A DNA stretch of 63,367 nucleotides, filler included, from Globobulimina sp. (Eukaryota), in assembly GCA_003354225.1 (NCBI GenBank). It is 36 parts of 36 records of this genome, joined end to end, with 100 filler letters (N's around TTAATTAATTAA, not from the genome) between each part and the next. Parts side by side here need not be neighbours in the genome. Positions count along the whole stretch, not along the records: positions 59,944 to 61,605 come from PIVH01013456.1; positions 61,706 to 63,367 come from PIVH01013457.1; 34 more parts are not named here. One strand, given 5' to 3'. Positions 60,391-63,367 of this stretch are shown one piece after another. The first letter of the stretch is position 1; every line of letters starts with the position of its first letter. The translations under genes were made by a program, and so were the position numbers. Under the pieces are notes generated by a model, which worked only from the letters and a program-made list of their open reading frames with translations, did no database searches and had not been told where the DNA came from.

Positions 60391-61605
60391 ATGTCGTCTT
60401 ACTCATACTCTGCGTCACGAAGTAGTTTTTCATCATCAAATAACCGCTATCACCCATACACTCGCGATCGCAATAAAAGCAGCGAACCGTCAGACCCTAA
60501 GAACGATTTTACGATTTTTATTGATTCCGTGGAATGGGAACCATTCAAGAAAGATTTTTATGTCGAATCAGCAAACACTGCGGCAATGCCACAGGAATCC
60601 ATAGATGAATGGAAGAAATTGCATGCGATTGAATGTTTTAATGGCTATCAAGAATACTTAGCGGATAATCCACACAAAAATTGGAATAAATCATGGGTGG
60701 AAAACGAAGACAAAACAAAGGAAGAAAAAAAAGCTATAACAATACCGAAACCAATCATGACATTCAAAAATTGTTTACAATTCTCAGAGAACATACAATC
60801 AGCAATCAACAGAGCGGGGTTTATCACACCAACACCCATTCAGTCAATTTCATGGCCCATTTTACTATCCGGTTATAACGCGATCGGTGTTGCCCGTACG
60901 GGTTCTGGCAAAACATTGGCGTTCCTGTTGCCTGCCATTGTGCACATTTTAGCGCAACCAGCGATTGCGAGCGATGAGGGGCCCATAGCATTGGTGATAG
61001 CACCAACGCGGGAGTTGGCGTGTCAGATCGAAGGGGAAGTGGCCAAATTCGCGTGCGACTCCGTCACACATTGCTGTGTCTATGGCGGAGCGAGCAAAAC
61101 CATACAAAGTCGCAAATTGCGCACCGGTGTCTCCATTGTGATAGCTACGCCGGGCCGTTTGCTGGATTTCTGCGAGACGGAAGTGACCAATTTAAGGCGA
61201 GTCACGTACTGCGTCATTGATGAAGCGGACCGTTTGCTGGATATGGGCTTCAAGCCGCAGTTAAACGCCATTTTGGGACAAATTCGCAAAGATAGGCAAA
61301 TAATGATGTTTTCGGCCACGTGGCCGTTGTCGGTGCGCTCTTTGGCCAAGGAATACATGCTGGAAAATGGAGGCGATGACCGGGACATTTTCCAAATGTC
61401 CATCGGTGCGATGGACAAATTGGTGGCAAACACCGACGTTACACAGAAAATAATCTTTTGTGGGCGTTCGGAGAAAATCAGGAAATTAAAGGAATTGATA
61501 AAGAGTGAAATGTATAGCAATAAGGAGGCGAAAATTTTGGTGTTTGTGGGCACAAAGAAGTTCTGTACCAAAATGGAGGGCATTTTATGGAAGGCCGGTC
61601 ATTGG
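60391..61605 (+). CDS. DEAD-box RNA helicase, DDX5/DBP2-like (3' partial)
   Basis: PFKKDFY, PTPIQ, ARTGSGKT, PTRELA, TPGRL, DEAD, SATWP. Confidence 0.93.
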
Positions 61606-62023
61606 NNNNNNNNNNNNNNNNNNNNNNNNNNNNNNNNNNNNNNNNNNNNTTAATTAATTAANNNNNNNNNNNNNNNNNNNNNNNNNNNNNNNNNNNNNNN
61701 NNNNNATACATAATATAATATTGGATTTCTAGATTTTTTATCATTATGAACGCCTTGTTACTATGTTCAAATATGAATCCCAAAATATGCGGTTTTTCAC
61801 AACTGTGATATAGTCAAAACACATCTTTTGATCACTAATTACAGTTTTTTGTTCAGTACATCTGATAATAATGTGCTTTTTTATTTCTAGAACATACGAC
61901 AAACTTTATCATATCAACAATTCCAACACAAATTCCAAAATATGTGACATTCATTTAATTACAGTCCATAGAATGTCTGGTGCGTCCACCATAAATGTAA
62001 AAGTAGACGATTAATTTGCTACA

Positions 62024-62947
62024 ATGGAAGGTAAAACACGCACAGGTTGCTGTGGCCAACAAATCCATGCCATTAAAAATAACATGCCAATCACAATAAA
62101 ATACCCATCCATCCCATCCTTATTCAAACAACATACAGTTCAATTTGTATTAGATATGGCGCCAATTTGGGACAAGCCACTCTCGCGGTTACATCTATAC
62201 ATCAACAATAAAAATGTAATGGATTCGCACGCAGCAAATGAATTTACAGAAACATCGTATACTGCGTCAAAACTCTGTATTTGGTGGAGCTTACTGTTTT
62301 TTATGACCTTTGTGTTTACATTTATTTATGCCATGTTGCTGAGTCTTTGGCTTGGTAGTTATACCTGGATTGCTATTGAAGCACACGTTGTTTTTGGCTG
62401 TCTTACTTGGATCGCAATATGGAGCGGAATCAGTAAGTCTTTGTGCGGCTGCACAGACCCCGGACCATCAGAAGTTGATATCTTATTTGATCCAAATACA
62501 GGCAGTGTACAATTATCTGAGCGAGTGGTGGTAATCAGTGTTGCTCATAAAAACAACAAATATTCAGAAACACAAAAAACACAAACTACCAAGGAATTAG
62601 TTTGCGGAAACATAAATAATGAACAAACTACTTCGTCGGAGCAATTACCTCGTGGATGGAAGAAAATGTATACAAATGGTGGGAAGGTTTATTATCTGAA
62701 TAATGTCACAAAGCAAACTCAATGGAATGAACCGGTTGGTAATGGCAATGGTAATGGTAAAGAAAGGCAATGGGAGAGACCTATTATGTTGAATGAAGCA
62801 GTGGAGATTGTCCAAGTTGAGGATGTTCATGGAGATAATTTTCAAAGTGGATGGGTTGAATTGTATACAAAAGATGGCAGAGTTTATTATCAAAATAATA
62901 TTACTAAAAATACCCAATGGAATAAACCTAAAAAATTACATTCTTGA
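62024..62947 (+). CDS. Membrane protein with two C-terminal WW domains
   Basis: Two TM segments; LPRGWKK..GKVYYLN..TQWNEP and GWVE..DGRVYYQN..TQWNKP. Confidence 0.85.
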   Translation: MEGKTRTGCCGQQIHAIKNNMPITIKYPSIPSLFKQHTVQFVLDMAPIWDKPLSRLHLYINNKNVMDSHAANEFTETSYTASKLCIWWSLLFFMTFVFTFIYAMLLSLWLGSYTWIAIEAHVVFGCLTWIAIWSGISKSLCGCTDPGPSEVDILFDPNTGSVQLSERVVVISVAHKNNKYSETQKTQTTKELVCGNINNEQTTSSEQLPRGWKKMYTNGGKVYYLNNVTKQTQWNEPVGNGNGNGKERQWERPIMLNEAVEIVQVEDVHGDNFQSGWVELYTKDGRVYYQNNITKNTQWNKPKKLHS

Positions 62948-63367
62948 ATGACAGTTAATTGTTTTTTTTTTGTACTTTTTTTTGATGATTTTTTTTTTTG
63001 TGATTTTTTTAGTTAAATTTTTACCTTTTTTTTATTTTATATGATATTAAGTTAAGTATTGATTATTCTATGTTTTTATCTTACATTTGTTTTTGGATTT
63101 GTTTACCAATATTTATGGTATTAATGTATTTGTATGCCATATTTAATTTTAATTTATGAGGCAAATGTAATCAAATGTTGTTTTTTGTATGACCACAGAA
63201 AAATCTCCAAGATAATTCAAACCAACATTTTCAAAAACATCATGAAAAACGGACGGCTAACAATATTAACAATTTGTTCGTTACTTGGATCAATGACTTT
63301 GGCCTATTTATTTTTTGGAAATCCAGTCCCGCAATCATTACAACCATTTATTTCAATAAATGCTGAA

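Noticed and set aside
1665..61705. Regularly spaced TTAATTAATTAA as a CRISPR-like array, telomere or nanochromosome boundary
   Set aside because: It sits inside fixed N-runs and is a scaffolding linker; the uniform segment size reflects sorting by contig length.

Overview
This is not one continuous locus. It is 36 unrelated contigs of 1,662-1,664 bp, sorted by length and joined by an artificial 100-nt spacer (N44-TTAATTAATTAA-N44), so no gene order can be read across spacers. Most contigs are AT-rich, gene-dense eukaryotic genomic DNA in the standard code with short GT-AG introns. The protein families (SPRY, MATH, Cys-rich/PT-repeat surface proteins, ART-like) suggest a rhizarian protist, probably a foraminiferan; this is an inference. 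Recognisable genes include RPB2, an RFC small subunit, DUS1, D2HGDH, a DDX5/DBP2-like helicase, an alpha-carbonic anhydrase, CK2-alpha, TAD3 and PARG, plus PPR, PHD, PH, WW, C2H2 and CCCH proteins. Some DNA is foreign: a nematode-type Srx chemoreceptor gene, a metazoan-like repeat contig and a bacterial cysS fragment. Several contigs are chimeric (cysS::K+ channel, PUS1::14-3-3), as expected from whole-genome amplification. The best leads are a bacterial-type dockerin in a eukaryotic membrane protein, an R-S-E ADP-ribosyltransferase, a DEG/ENaC-like 2-TM protein, a secreted Cys-rich MACPF-like protein, a six-copy helical-repeat protein, and a modular intergenic repeat/MITE family shared by four contigs. 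I found no multi-gene novel system, CRISPR array or RNA gene that I can support.
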